A program made the translations under genes and the position numbers. From Bacilli bacterium (lineage in GTDB: Bacteria > Bacillota_I > Bacilli_A > RFN20 > CAG-826), in assembly GCA_017470115.1 (NCBI GenBank), contig JAFUEZ010000003.1:173064-237063 (forward strand): 64,000 nt of DNA. Reading direction: 5' to 3'. Positions 9,083-17,248 of this stretch are shown one piece after another. A model generated the notes under the pieces. That model was not told where the DNA came from, made no database searches, and saw nothing but the letters and a program-made list of their open reading frames with translations. Position 1 is the stretch's first letter; each line of letters starts with the position of its first letter.

Positions 9083-10426
9083 ATGGACATGAAACAAGTG
9101 GAAGGGTTTTATTATTATCAAGACGAAAAACACGCCACTGTTTTAATCGTGGATTATCTGAAACATTATGTTCAAAAGATAATGAATTGCCCTCCTGGAG
9201 AATGCATGAATGATGAAGCCATGGAGTATATTTCGGTTAATACAGCAACCATCATGCTTGAAGGTTTTAGTAGAAAGTTTTTCGTGATTCAAGAAATTAA
9301 TTATGGGAACGAGGAGCCTAGCGAAGAACAAAAAAGAAAATTTCATGTATTCGATGAGTTCAATAAACGCTATACAAAACATTTGAAATACATCAAAGAA
9401 GAAGCAAGACTCTATCAGATTTTAAATGAGAAGCGATTCACATATACCGAAATTAACGATAGACATATAGAATCGCTACATAAAGTTGATCCTACTCTAA
9501 TCCATAGTTTTTTGAGTACATTAATTCCTGATGATTTGCCAGAAAAAGAAAGGACTGTGGCTTTGGCTAATATCATGAAAAACAGAGATAAAAATGGCTT
9601 TGATGATTTAATGAAAGAGCTTCATAAAGATAAAGCCTATGAAGAATCTAATGAATTATCTAAAAAAATACAGCCAGCATTCATGGAGTTTCTTAAAGCT
9701 TTTGTTGATGTTGAACTTCTCATGGCCAAAGAATATTCCCTTTATACCGACAAATATAAGAAAAAGATGGATGAATATGCTGATAAAGGTTTATTCCTTT
9801 ACTGTCTAAATACTCCAGATTTGCCAATAGATGCCGAAGATATCACAATGGATGACATCTATAATTATTTTTTGAATGATGATGCAATGTTCCTTCAGGG
9901 AATGTTTGAAGTATTCATCAAGCATGGCGATGTTGGTGGTGAAATTAATAAAAGAGAAGCAGATGATATTGTTGCATCTTATAACCTATTAATTGAAGGA
10001 AAATATTGGGCCTCGCTTAGAAACCTTTATGCTTTAATTGATCATCACCATAAATTGTGCGCAGGTATATTTAATGGCTATGAAGAAGCTAAGAAAGAAT
10101 TTAAAAACGGCAAGGAAAGGTCTGAATACATTTGTAAATTATTCACTGATACCAAGGTTTATTATTACGAGGCTGTTTGGCATAAACTAGATGCCGCGAT
10201 TGAAGAAATGAATAAGGGTTGTGGAGACAGATTTGTTTCTAGAAACGCTATTATTCATGGTGATTATGAAAAACCTGATGTTAATCCGCAAGCCAAAGAT
10301 GTAATTAATGTTTTTATGATTTACATAACAATGAGAATGATTATTGATAGATTAACTAATATCGAGGAGATCATTAAGGAATCAAATATTTATTATTTAA
10401 GTTATAAGACAAAAGGATGGCTTTGA
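9083..10426 (+). CDS. Hypothetical 447-aa, predicted all-alpha protein with no recognisable motif; start overlaps the end of the AbiEii pseudogene
   Basis: Long intact ORF with RBS AAGAGG; its stop is followed by a hairpin that sequesters the RBS of the next gene. Confidence 0.55.
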   Translation: MDMKQVEGFYYYQDEKHATVLIVDYLKHYVQKIMNCPPGECMNDEAMEYISVNTATIMLEGFSRKFFVIQEINYGNEEPSEEQKRKFHVFDEFNKRYTKHLKYIKEEARLYQILNEKRFTYTEINDRHIESLHKVDPTLIHSFLSTLIPDDLPEKERTVALANIMKNRDKNGFDDLMKELHKDKAYEESNELSKKIQPAFMEFLKAFVDVELLMAKEYSLYTDKYKKKMDEYADKGLFLYCLNTPDLPIDAEDITMDDIYNYFLNDDAMFLQGMFEVFIKHGDVGGEINKREADDIVASYNLLIEGKYWASLRNLYALIDHHHKLCAGIFNGYEEAKKEFKNGKERSEYICKLFTDTKVYYYEAVWHKLDAAIEEMNKGCGDRFVSRNAIIHGDYEKPDVNPQAKDVINVFMIYITMRMIIDRLTNIEEIIKESNIYYLSYKTKGWL

Positions 10427-10442
10427 TATATAATAAATATTA

Positions 10443-10485
10443 GCAACTCCGTTAGTAAGACAACGGTCTGAGGACCGGAGGTTGC
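10443..10485 (+). promoter_or_regulatory. Stem-loop (gcaactccg ... cggaggttgc) that pairs the Shine-Dalgarno GGAGGT of the downstream HTH gene
   Basis: 9-10 bp complementary arms read directly from the sequence; ATG of the downstream gene at 10490. Confidence 0.4.
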
Positions 10486-10489
10486 TAAA

Positions 10490-10708
10490 ATGGATTCGAG
10501 CAAAAGAAGAATCGACAAAGAACTAGCTTCGTTTATCCGCATGTGCTATCGACATTCCTGTAAAACTCAGGAAGAATTAGCATTTGCGATAGATGTCGAA
10601 CCTAGAACCTTGAAATATTACTTCAGTGGTGAAAGGAAGCCTAGTCAAAAAACGTTATTGAAGCTACTCAAAGTTGCAAATATTAACGGTAAGGATATCC
10701 CTTTTTAG
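10490..10708 (+). CDS. Small helix-turn-helix (XRE-like) DNA-binding protein, 72 aa
   Basis: RBS GGAGGT; QEELAFAIDVEPRTLKYYFSGERKPSQKTLLKL resembles an HTH_XRE helix-turn-helix. Confidence 0.5.
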   Translation: MDSSKRRIDKELASFIRMCYRHSCKTQEELAFAIDVEPRTLKYYFSGERKPSQKTLLKLLKVANINGKDIPF

Positions 10709-10795
10709 GGGTATTTTTATTATTTTATGAACCACTTGGCTCATTGTGGATATTTTCTTTGGTTAATAACATTAATACGAAAGGAGGTACTCAAA

Positions 10796-11107
10796 ATGTC
10801 AAAATACAATACCATTGATGTTTGGAACAAGGTGTTTGGCTCCGCTCAAGAAGTCAGAGATTACACTGGCAGGCTAATGAAAAAGTCAGCCTGTGGAAAT
10901 ACTAGAAGCCAATATCATCCAACATTAGATCACATTAGGCCATTATCAAAAGGTGGCTCAGATGTACTAGACAATATTATAGTTTGCCATCGTGATACCA
11001 ACGAAGAAAAAGCCGATGCATTCCCACACTGGACAGCAAACGGCAAAAGATATCATGCGGTCAGAGTCAAAGGCTCTAGAGTGGCATACGACATTATTGA
11101 AGACTAG
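10796..11107 (+). CDS. HNH endonuclease, ~103 aa
   Basis: RBS AAGGAGGT 8 nt upstream of the ATG at 10796; HPTLDHIRPLSKGGSDVLDNIIVCHRDTNEEK = H-N-H motif with Cys/His ligands. Confidence 0.65.
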   Translation: MSKYNTIDVWNKVFGSAQEVRDYTGRLMKKSACGNTRSQYHPTLDHIRPLSKGGSDVLDNIIVCHRDTNEEKADAFPHWTANGKRYHAVRVKGSRVAYDIIED

Positions 11108-11116
11108 GTGACTGAT

Positions 11117-11260
11117 ATGGGACCTAAATGGTGCATGAATTACGATTCCGGCGAATACGAATGGATTGATGAAAACGGATTTAGTTGGGATCAAGGCGAA
11201 TACGTCTATAATTGGGATCGTAGCGTATACGATGACGATGATGAAGACGATGACTGGTAA
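11117..11260 (+). CDS. Small acidic 47-aa ORF (MGPKWCMNYDSGEYEWIDENGFSWDQGEYVYNWDRSVYDDDDEDDDW); speculative
   Basis: ATG 10 nt after the HNH stop; W/D/E-rich; too short for the ORF track. Confidence 0.2.
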   Translation: MGPKWCMNYDSGEYEWIDENGFSWDQGEYVYNWDRSVYDDDDEDDDW

Positions 11261-11795
11261 CTAGCGTAGGCTTCCTTTCTGCCTCATCCTTATACATAGT
11301 TCTCACCGCTATTCTCCTAGCGTATGGTGGGAACTTTTTTGTTCAATAAAACCGCATTTCTTACAAAAAATAAATGATTTGTGAGCTTTTTCACTAAATA
11401 TCGACAACTTTATAACTAATAGTGGCTTTCTTTTTAGGATTCTTAGCGGTGATGGTATTGGAGTAGATTGGCTATAATTCCGCTATCTCTTTTCTACATT
11501 CTCTAAGTTTCTCAAGTTTAACCGTATTAGTGCCATCGATGACTACCGCAATATGCGTTATATCGACTGCAATCATACGGTCCACGAAGACATCTAGCAT
11601 CTATTTGGTAATCATGTCATAGTGGCTTTTTTGCGCCTAGAATCTTAAGCATCTGGTCAAGCCTATTCTTTATCGCTTCCTTTGCATTGAATTCTTAAAT
11701 GACATGTTTGGTGTTGGAAATATTGTTCACTGGTGTATATCGCTTATTGAAGAAAAGGTCTTTTTAAGGTTAGAATTAAAAAGAGGTAATTAGAA

Positions 11796-11987
11796 ATGAC
11801 TAAGAAATGTACTCATTGTGGATCTACAAAATTAAGAATAAGAGATTATTCTTTTACTGATACTGCTGACAATTCCTTTCCTATCGATATTTATGTATGT
11901 GAGGAATGTGGGCATATTGAATTATTTGAAAATAACTCAAATTCCTTTAATCCATATTCTACTGGAGATGGAAAAATCGCATATTAG
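11796..11987 (+). CDS. Small zinc-ribbon protein (CxxC...CxxC), 63 aa
   Basis: RBS AAGAGGT; CTHCGS...CEECGH four-Cys motif; followed by an intrinsic terminator. Confidence 0.5.
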   Translation: MTKKCTHCGSTKLRIRDYSFTDTADNSFPIDIYVCEECGHIELFENNSNSFNPYSTGDGKIAY

Positions 11988-11991
11988 TTAA

Positions 11992-12026
11992 ATTGGGCCT
12001 TGTTGAAATATACAAGGCCCTTTTTA
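11992..12026 (+). terminator. Rho-independent terminator
   Basis: gggccttgt-tgaaatat-acaaggccc hairpin followed by TTTTT. Confidence 0.7.
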
Positions 12027-12092
12027 AGTATCTGATTTTCTTAATTTATTATTTTTTCATTTTTAAGAAGATATATTTTTTTGGAAAATTAT

Positions 12093-12131
12093 TTTTCTTT
12101 ATTCTTTTTATAAGATAGAAGTAGTAAAAAG
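12093..12131. repeat. Partial (~38 bp) R1-like fragment (tttttctttattctttttataagatagaagtagtaaaaag)
   Basis: Matches the stop-codon-proximal part of the R1 repeat only; marks the boundary between the Abi cassette and the lipoprotein/GH3 cassette. Confidence 0.6.
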
Positions 12132-12195
12132 CCTGCAAAACAGACATATTTTTGAATAATATGAGATATTTGCAGGTTTAAATAATTAATCTTTT

Positions 12196-13269
12196 TTATT
12201 TAACTTTTAATACAATCGAAGGAGCAACACCTCCGTTGTCTTTATATGCATTATCGTAAAAATAAGTATATCCATGACTTGAATTTCTTCCAGCATGTTC
12301 GTTTGAATTTGGATAAGCTGAGCGTTGCCACCGAATACCCATTCCATAAAAGTAGTCATCCCTTGGCCAAATGTCATTTCCGTTTGCTTTAGATAAATCA
12401 GAACAATATAGTTGTCTTTCTGCATCACCATATTTTCCTACCTTATCAAAACCATATTCTTCTTTATGACATTCTTCATATGACAAAATAAAGACTTTAT
12501 CAGTTAAATCCTGGCATGTTGTAACTGTGTCTTTATCTCTTCCAGCAGCTTTGGTTGTACTTTTATCGTTTTTATATGTTGTATCTTCAATTAATGCTCT
12601 TTGAGTATCACTAAAAGCGGCATTATAGAAGAAGTTGTTGCAATAAACACGTAAATCGCTATATTCATAATTATTCGCATATGTTCCTTCTGGAACACCA
12701 GGTTTAGTCATTAAAAACGTACTCGAATCGTAGTTTTCTTGTTTTGTGAAAGCATAAGAGTCAACAATTCTATCTGTTAAGAGCAAATAATCACCATCAT
12801 TACCGTCTTTATTAAAATCTTTAGATAGAATTCTCCATTTTAAAGGAAGAACTTGAAAATAATACTCAGTATTGGTTATCAATTCTTGGCCATCTTGAAA
12901 ATTATATTTGTTGTTATTATAAGTATGTGATTTTACTTTTGCGTAATAATAGCCATCGCTTCCTTTAAAACAAGTAAACGCATCTTCATCGCCATTCTTG
13001 ATTACTTTAGAATCTGTTTCATCGATTGTAACATTTTCTTTTTTAACAGTTTGTGGATATTCCCCGAAATAAACATAATCACCTTTTATTTCAAATGGCT
13101 TATCGTTGCTTAATTTTGTTGATAACAAATCTGTATCATCGTATTTTTTGTTTGGATCGATTTCATCAGTTTCTGCCGGAGTAGGCTTTTCTTCTTCGTT
13201 TTGTGATTCTCCACATGAAACTAAACTAACGACACTTAAAATTGCAAAAAGTGGCAAAAATTTTTTCAT
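12196..13269 (-). CDS. Lipoprotein of unknown function
   Basis: Signal peptide + lipobox MKKFLPLFAILSVVSLVSCG; start set at the internal ATG (13269) preceded by GGAGGAAACT. Confidence 0.6.
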   Translation of the reverse strand: MKKFLPLFAILSVVSLVSCGESQNEEEKPTPAETDEIDPNKKYDDTDLLSTKLSNDKPFEIKGDYVYFGEYPQTVKKENVTIDETDSKVIKNGDEDAFTCFKGSDGYYYAKVKSHTYNNNKYNFQDGQELITNTEYYFQVLPLKWRILSKDFNKDGNDGDYLLLTDRIVDSYAFTKQENYDSSTFLMTKPGVPEGTYANNYEYSDLRVYCNNFFYNAAFSDTQRALIEDTTYKNDKSTTKAAGRDKDTVTTCQDLTDKVFILSYEECHKEEYGFDKVGKYGDAERQLYCSDLSKANGNDIWPRDDYFYGMGIRWQRSAYPNSNEHAGRNSSHGYTYFYDNAYKDNGGVAPSIVLKVK

Positions 13270-13430
13270 AAGTTTCCTCCATATTTTCTTGATTTTGAAA
13301 AGTTCTATTAAAATTTTACGATTTATATCTATCGATGATTTGTTTTTGGCACACATAACATATTTACGATACTTATTGACAAGTTTTTTCAATGAATTTA
13401 ATTTTTATAAAAATTAAATATTGTTATAAT

Positions 13431-14141
13431 ATGTATATGTTAAAAATATCCATAGTTGAGGATAGCGATAAGGATTTCGAGATTATCAAAAGTCATGTAG
13501 AGAATTTTTTCAATCGACAAAATGAAGTTGTGATTGATCGTTTTGAAAATGCAGAATTGTTTTTATCTGTCTTTTCTAAAAATTACAACATTTGCTTTTT
13601 TGATATTGAATTACCTGGGATTAATGGTTTAGATTTAGCTAGAAAAATCAGAGAAATTGATGAGAATGTCCCTATAATTTTTATTACAAATATGGCTCAA
13701 TTTGCTATTCAAGGCTATGAAGTGAATGCGCTTGACTACATTATAAAACCATTAAAATATGGGGATTTTGAAATGAAAATGAAAAAAGTAGACAAGTTTT
13801 TGAAACAACAAGAAAGTACTCAAGTTGCCATTCAAACTCGAGATGGAGTTCAAATTTTTAAAGAAGAAGATATCTATTTTGTTGAAGTGTATAAACATTA
13901 TTTAAATTTTCATACAAAGCGTGGAGAAATTACATCTCGAGGCACAATGAAAAACGCAGAACAGATTTTGCCTAAAAATTTCGCACGTTCAGGAATTAGT
14001 TTTTTAATTAATATTCGTTGGATTGATAAAGTAACTCCAAATTCAGTAATTGTTAATGGAGTCGAATTACCTCTTACAAGACTTTATAAAAATGATTTTT
14101 TAAAGAAAGTTTCACAATTTGTGAGTGGAAACGTTAAATAA
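13431..14141 (+). CDS. LytTR-family response regulator (AgrA/ComE-like)
   Basis: REC domain (IVEDSD...FFDIELPGINGLDL...IIFIT) and C-terminal LytTR-type DNA-binding domain; start among ATGs at 13392/13431/13437 is uncertain. Confidence 0.7.
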   Translation: MYMLKISIVEDSDKDFEIIKSHVENFFNRQNEVVIDRFENAELFLSVFSKNYNICFFDIELPGINGLDLARKIREIDENVPIIFITNMAQFAIQGYEVNALDYIIKPLKYGDFEMKMKKVDKFLKQQESTQVAIQTRDGVQIFKEEDIYFVEVYKHYLNFHTKRGEITSRGTMKNAEQILPKNFARSGISFLINIRWIDKVTPNSVIVNGVELPLTRLYKNDFLKKVSQFVSGNVK

Positions 14142-15514
14142 TGAATTTTGATAAAATCTTATATACATTCTCTTATAACTATTTTCTTTTCGCGATAATG
14201 TTCGCTGAAATTTTACTTTTTGTTGTCCTTTTTGCTTCAAAACTTAAAAAGAAAAAATATTTTGCTTTGCGTTTTATCTTATCAGTAATTGTGATTTTAT
14301 TTTTAATAGCCGCATTAACGTTTATCAATTCGTTTATCGTTCAAACTAATGAAATTAAAGGCAACCAAGAATATGTTTTTAGTTCTCGTTTTGTCATAAC
14401 AACTTTAATATGGTTACTCTGTTGTGGATTTGTTGAATTATGCTACGAAACGACATCTTTAATTTCTTTATTTGTAGCAGTTGCTTCAGCAAATGGTAGA
14501 AGTATTGCTTATTGTTTGTTTTCGATTCTTTTGAGTTCATTTAAAATTTCGATTGAGATTTTTCCACAAGATTTCCTTGATTATCGAGTGATCATTTCTT
14601 TTGTTGCGTTTTTTTCGGTAACGTGGATGGTTTTATATTTCTTCTTTCAAAAGAAAATTGGAGAATTAATTCAAAAATATGAAGACAAAATTATCTTAAT
14701 TTTATTTGCTCTTTCCATTATTACAAATTATTTTGGATTAAATGCCACAATTATTTACATCCAAAGAGACTTGTTTGTATTTATCGCTTTGCTACTTGTT
14801 TTTACTTCGATTTCAGTTATTGCTTTTGTTGTTCAATATGTTCAACTTCAAAAAATCGAATTAGCTTTTGAAAAGCATGAAGCAGAAATGTTCTTAGCGA
14901 AAGAAGAGAAGATGTATCATTTTCAGAAAAATGTTGTTGATATGTTGAATGTTAAAGCTCATGACATTAAACATCTGATTCATGATATTGAAAATACTGG
15001 AAAGTTAGATAAAGAAACGATTGAAGAATTAACGACAACCACCGACCTTTATGAATCAATGGCAAAGACAGACAATGAGCCTCTTAATGTTATTTTGACA
15101 GAAAAATGGATTTATTGTAAAAAACACAGAATCACATTTACACCTGTTATTGATCCAAATAGTTTGGTATTTATGAAAGCGAATGAAGTCTATTCATTAA
15201 TTGGAAATATTCTAGATAACGCTATCGAAGCAAGTTTAAAATGCCCTGTAGAAAATAGAGCAATCTCATTAAGTATTACAACAAAAAAAGGAATGCAAAT
15301 TGTTGAAGCAAGCAACAACTATGTAGGAAAAGTTGTTATAAAAGGCGGAATTCCAAAAACAACAAAAGAAGATAAAGAAAATCATGGCTTTGGGATAAAA
15401 TCTATCAAAGTTATCGCAAATAAATACGATGGTGCATATGATTTTTCTACTTCAAACAATGTTTTTACAACAAGAATCATTTTTACAAATATTGCAGAAA
15501 ATATAGAAAAATAA
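14141..15514 (+). CDS. Membrane GHKL-type sensor histidine kinase (AgrC/ComD-like), ~6 TM helices + HATPase
   Basis: Multi-TM N-terminus, catalytic motifs NILDNAIEAS and GFGIKSIKVIANKY; start overlaps the regulator's stop (TAATG). Confidence 0.7.
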   Translation: MNFDKILYTFSYNYFLFAIMFAEILLFVVLFASKLKKKKYFALRFILSVIVILFLIAALTFINSFIVQTNEIKGNQEYVFSSRFVITTLIWLLCCGFVELCYETTSLISLFVAVASANGRSIAYCLFSILLSSFKISIEIFPQDFLDYRVIISFVAFFSVTWMVLYFFFQKKIGELIQKYEDKIILILFALSIITNYFGLNATIIYIQRDLFVFIALLLVFTSISVIAFVVQYVQLQKIELAFEKHEAEMFLAKEEKMYHFQKNVVDMLNVKAHDIKHLIHDIENTGKLDKETIEELTTTTDLYESMAKTDNEPLNVILTEKWIYCKKHRITFTPVIDPNSLVFMKANEVYSLIGNILDNAIEASLKCPVENRAISLSITTKKGMQIVEASNNYVGKVVIKGGIPKTTKEDKENHGFGIKSIKVIANKYDGAYDFSTSNNVFTTRIIFTNIAENIEK

Positions 15515-15515
15515 A

Positions 15516-15560
15516 AAAGGAAACCCGTTAAGAGATTGGGGCTCTTAACGGGTAATTATT
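15516..15560. terminator. Bidirectional hairpin terminator between convergent genes
   Basis: cccgttaagag-attgggg-ctcttaacggg, A-run before and T-run after. Confidence 0.65.
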
Positions 15561-15561
15561 C

Positions 15562-16038
15562 TTAGTGGATGGTTATATAAACAAACCATTTTTGATCAAT
15601 TTTTATTGTTGTGACATCTTCGCTATAATCTTGATCAACTTCGGGTAAATTTATTGATTTACCTTTTTCATTTGTTTCCATTATCCAATGGTAATATAGT
15701 GTACCTTTTTCAGCTTCACTAACGATTTTTCCATCATTAATTTTAAGTGATGAGATTTCATCATTACTTAAAGAAGCGCTTTTTTTGTAGTTTAATTTTG
15801 ATACTTCAATTTTGCTATATCCATCAATTGTTAGAAGCGCTTCATTAATAGATGCATCAATTAGTCTTCCAGCATTAGCAGGAAAATAACAATAATTTTT
15901 ATAATCATAATTATATGTGTATCTTAATTTTGCATAATTACTTGATGCTTCAGCAGGAGTTGCTTGTCCAGAAGTTGAACAACTTGCACAAAGCAAAGGA
16001 AACAAACGTAATAATGAGAAAAATCTAAATTTCTTCAT
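15562..16038 (-). CDS. Small lipoprotein, unknown function
   Basis: MKKFRFFSLLRLFPLLCASCSTSG lipobox. Confidence 0.55.
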   Translation of the reverse strand: MKKFRFFSLLRLFPLLCASCSTSGQATPAEASSNYAKLRYTYNYDYKNYCYFPANAGRLIDASINEALLTIDGYSKIEVSKLNYKKSASLSNDEISSLKINDGKIVSEAEKGTLYYHWIMETNEKGKSINLPEVDQDYSEDVTTIKIDQKWFVYITIH

Positions 16039-16040
16039 AA

Positions 16041-17096
16041 TTATTTAAAGAAAACTAACATTGAATTATAAAGGCAAGTTAACCAGCATGCATAACTATG
16101 TCCTGTGCCTTTGATATAAACAAAATCAGCATTATATTGACTTACATCATATCCAACTTTAAATTTATTTCCTGCTTTTGATAAAAGACCTAAATAAGCA
16201 GAAGCGTGTTCAGTTGCTAAACCATCAATATTTCCACAACCATTAAACCAATAATTGCATTCATAATCTTTATATTTTCCAGTTGTGAGATTATTTGCGA
16301 TTTCTGTATAAACTTCTTCGCCAACGCCACCTGAATAATTTCCGATATAAGAAATATATTCAAATGAATTTGTCCAAATTGATCTAAATCCAATTCCTGA
16401 ACCCATTGATAAACCTGCATAAGCAAAGTGATCTCTAGCAGCAATAATACCTTCGCTAGTAGAATTTTCAGCAAATGTTGAATAATGATCTACAATGTAA
16501 GGCAAAATGTCATTATTAACTTCATCATGGAAATTAGAATTTGGACTATCTTTTCCATTATATGTTGTATATAAGCAAGGAGTAACAACAATTGTTTTTT
16601 CAGCTTTTCCTGATTTAATCAAATTATCAAGAACATTTGTAGTGCCATATCCTCTTAAATAAGTGGTGATATTGTTTGGATCATAATCACCTTGAGCAAA
16701 CCAAAAGTCTTCATTTTCGCCACTACCATGAGCTAAAATCAAAACATTGTATTTGTTTTCAACACTATATCCATAAGGAAGATAGACATTCATTTGTTTT
16801 TCAACAACATAATTATCTACCTTATCTGCATCTTCAAGCGCATAAGCGTGAGTAGTATAAGTGACTTTTTCAATTGTTCCTTTTTCATCACATTCTTTTG
16901 TGATATCCTTTCCACCAATTGGTTCAAAAACAAATTCGGTTGAGCCATTACGTTTTGCATCGATCTCATCTTGTTGAGGACCTTTATCGCTTTGTTGACT
17001 TGGAATTAATTCATTTCCGCTATCATTTGATCCGCCACAGCTAGCCAACGTAAGTGCAGCAAATCCTAAAGAAATTAATATTATTCTGTTTTTCAT
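16041..17096 (-). CDS. Lipoprotein with alpha/beta-hydrolase 'putative esterase' domain (carbohydrate esterase-like)
   Basis: Lipobox LTLASCGG; nucleophile elbow GLSMGSG (GxSxG); VLILAHGSGENEDFWF typical of esterase/PF00756-like proteins. Confidence 0.55.
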   Translation of the reverse strand: MKNRIILISLGFAALTLASCGGSNDSGNELIPSQQSDKGPQQDEIDAKRNGSTEFVFEPIGGKDITKECDEKGTIEKVTYTTHAYALEDADKVDNYVVEKQMNVYLPYGYSVENKYNVLILAHGSGENEDFWFAQGDYDPNNITTYLRGYGTTNVLDNLIKSGKAEKTIVVTPCLYTTYNGKDSPNSNFHDEVNNDILPYIVDHYSTFAENSTSEGIIAARDHFAYAGLSMGSGIGFRSIWTNSFEYISYIGNYSGGVGEEVYTEIANNLTTGKYKDYECNYWFNGCGNIDGLATEHASAYLGLLSKAGNKFKVGYDVSQYNADFVYIKGTGHSYACWLTCLYNSMLVFFK

Positions 17097-17189
17097 TTTT
17101 TTTAAATCCTTTCGTGATATAAATATATTATATATTTATATAATTTTCATATTTTTGGCATACTCGACTATCATTTTGAACTCATTAAC

Positions 17190-17220
17190 AAAAACCGCTT
17201 TAGAAATTCTAAAGCGGTTC
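17190..17220 (-). terminator. Rho-independent terminator for the minus-strand GH3 gene
   Basis: aaaaaccgctttagaa-attc-taaagcggtt; T-run on the minus strand. Confidence 0.65.
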
Positions 17221-17248
17221 GGAAGAGGGAAATATTTAAAATTAATTA

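Noticed and set aside
13106-13417. 103-aa plus-strand ORF upstream of the LytTR regulator, considered as a possible autoinducing-peptide precursor
   Set aside because: It is antisense to the 5' part of the lipoprotein gene 12196..13269, far longer than AgrD/ComC-type precursors, and lacks a leader or double-glycine motif.
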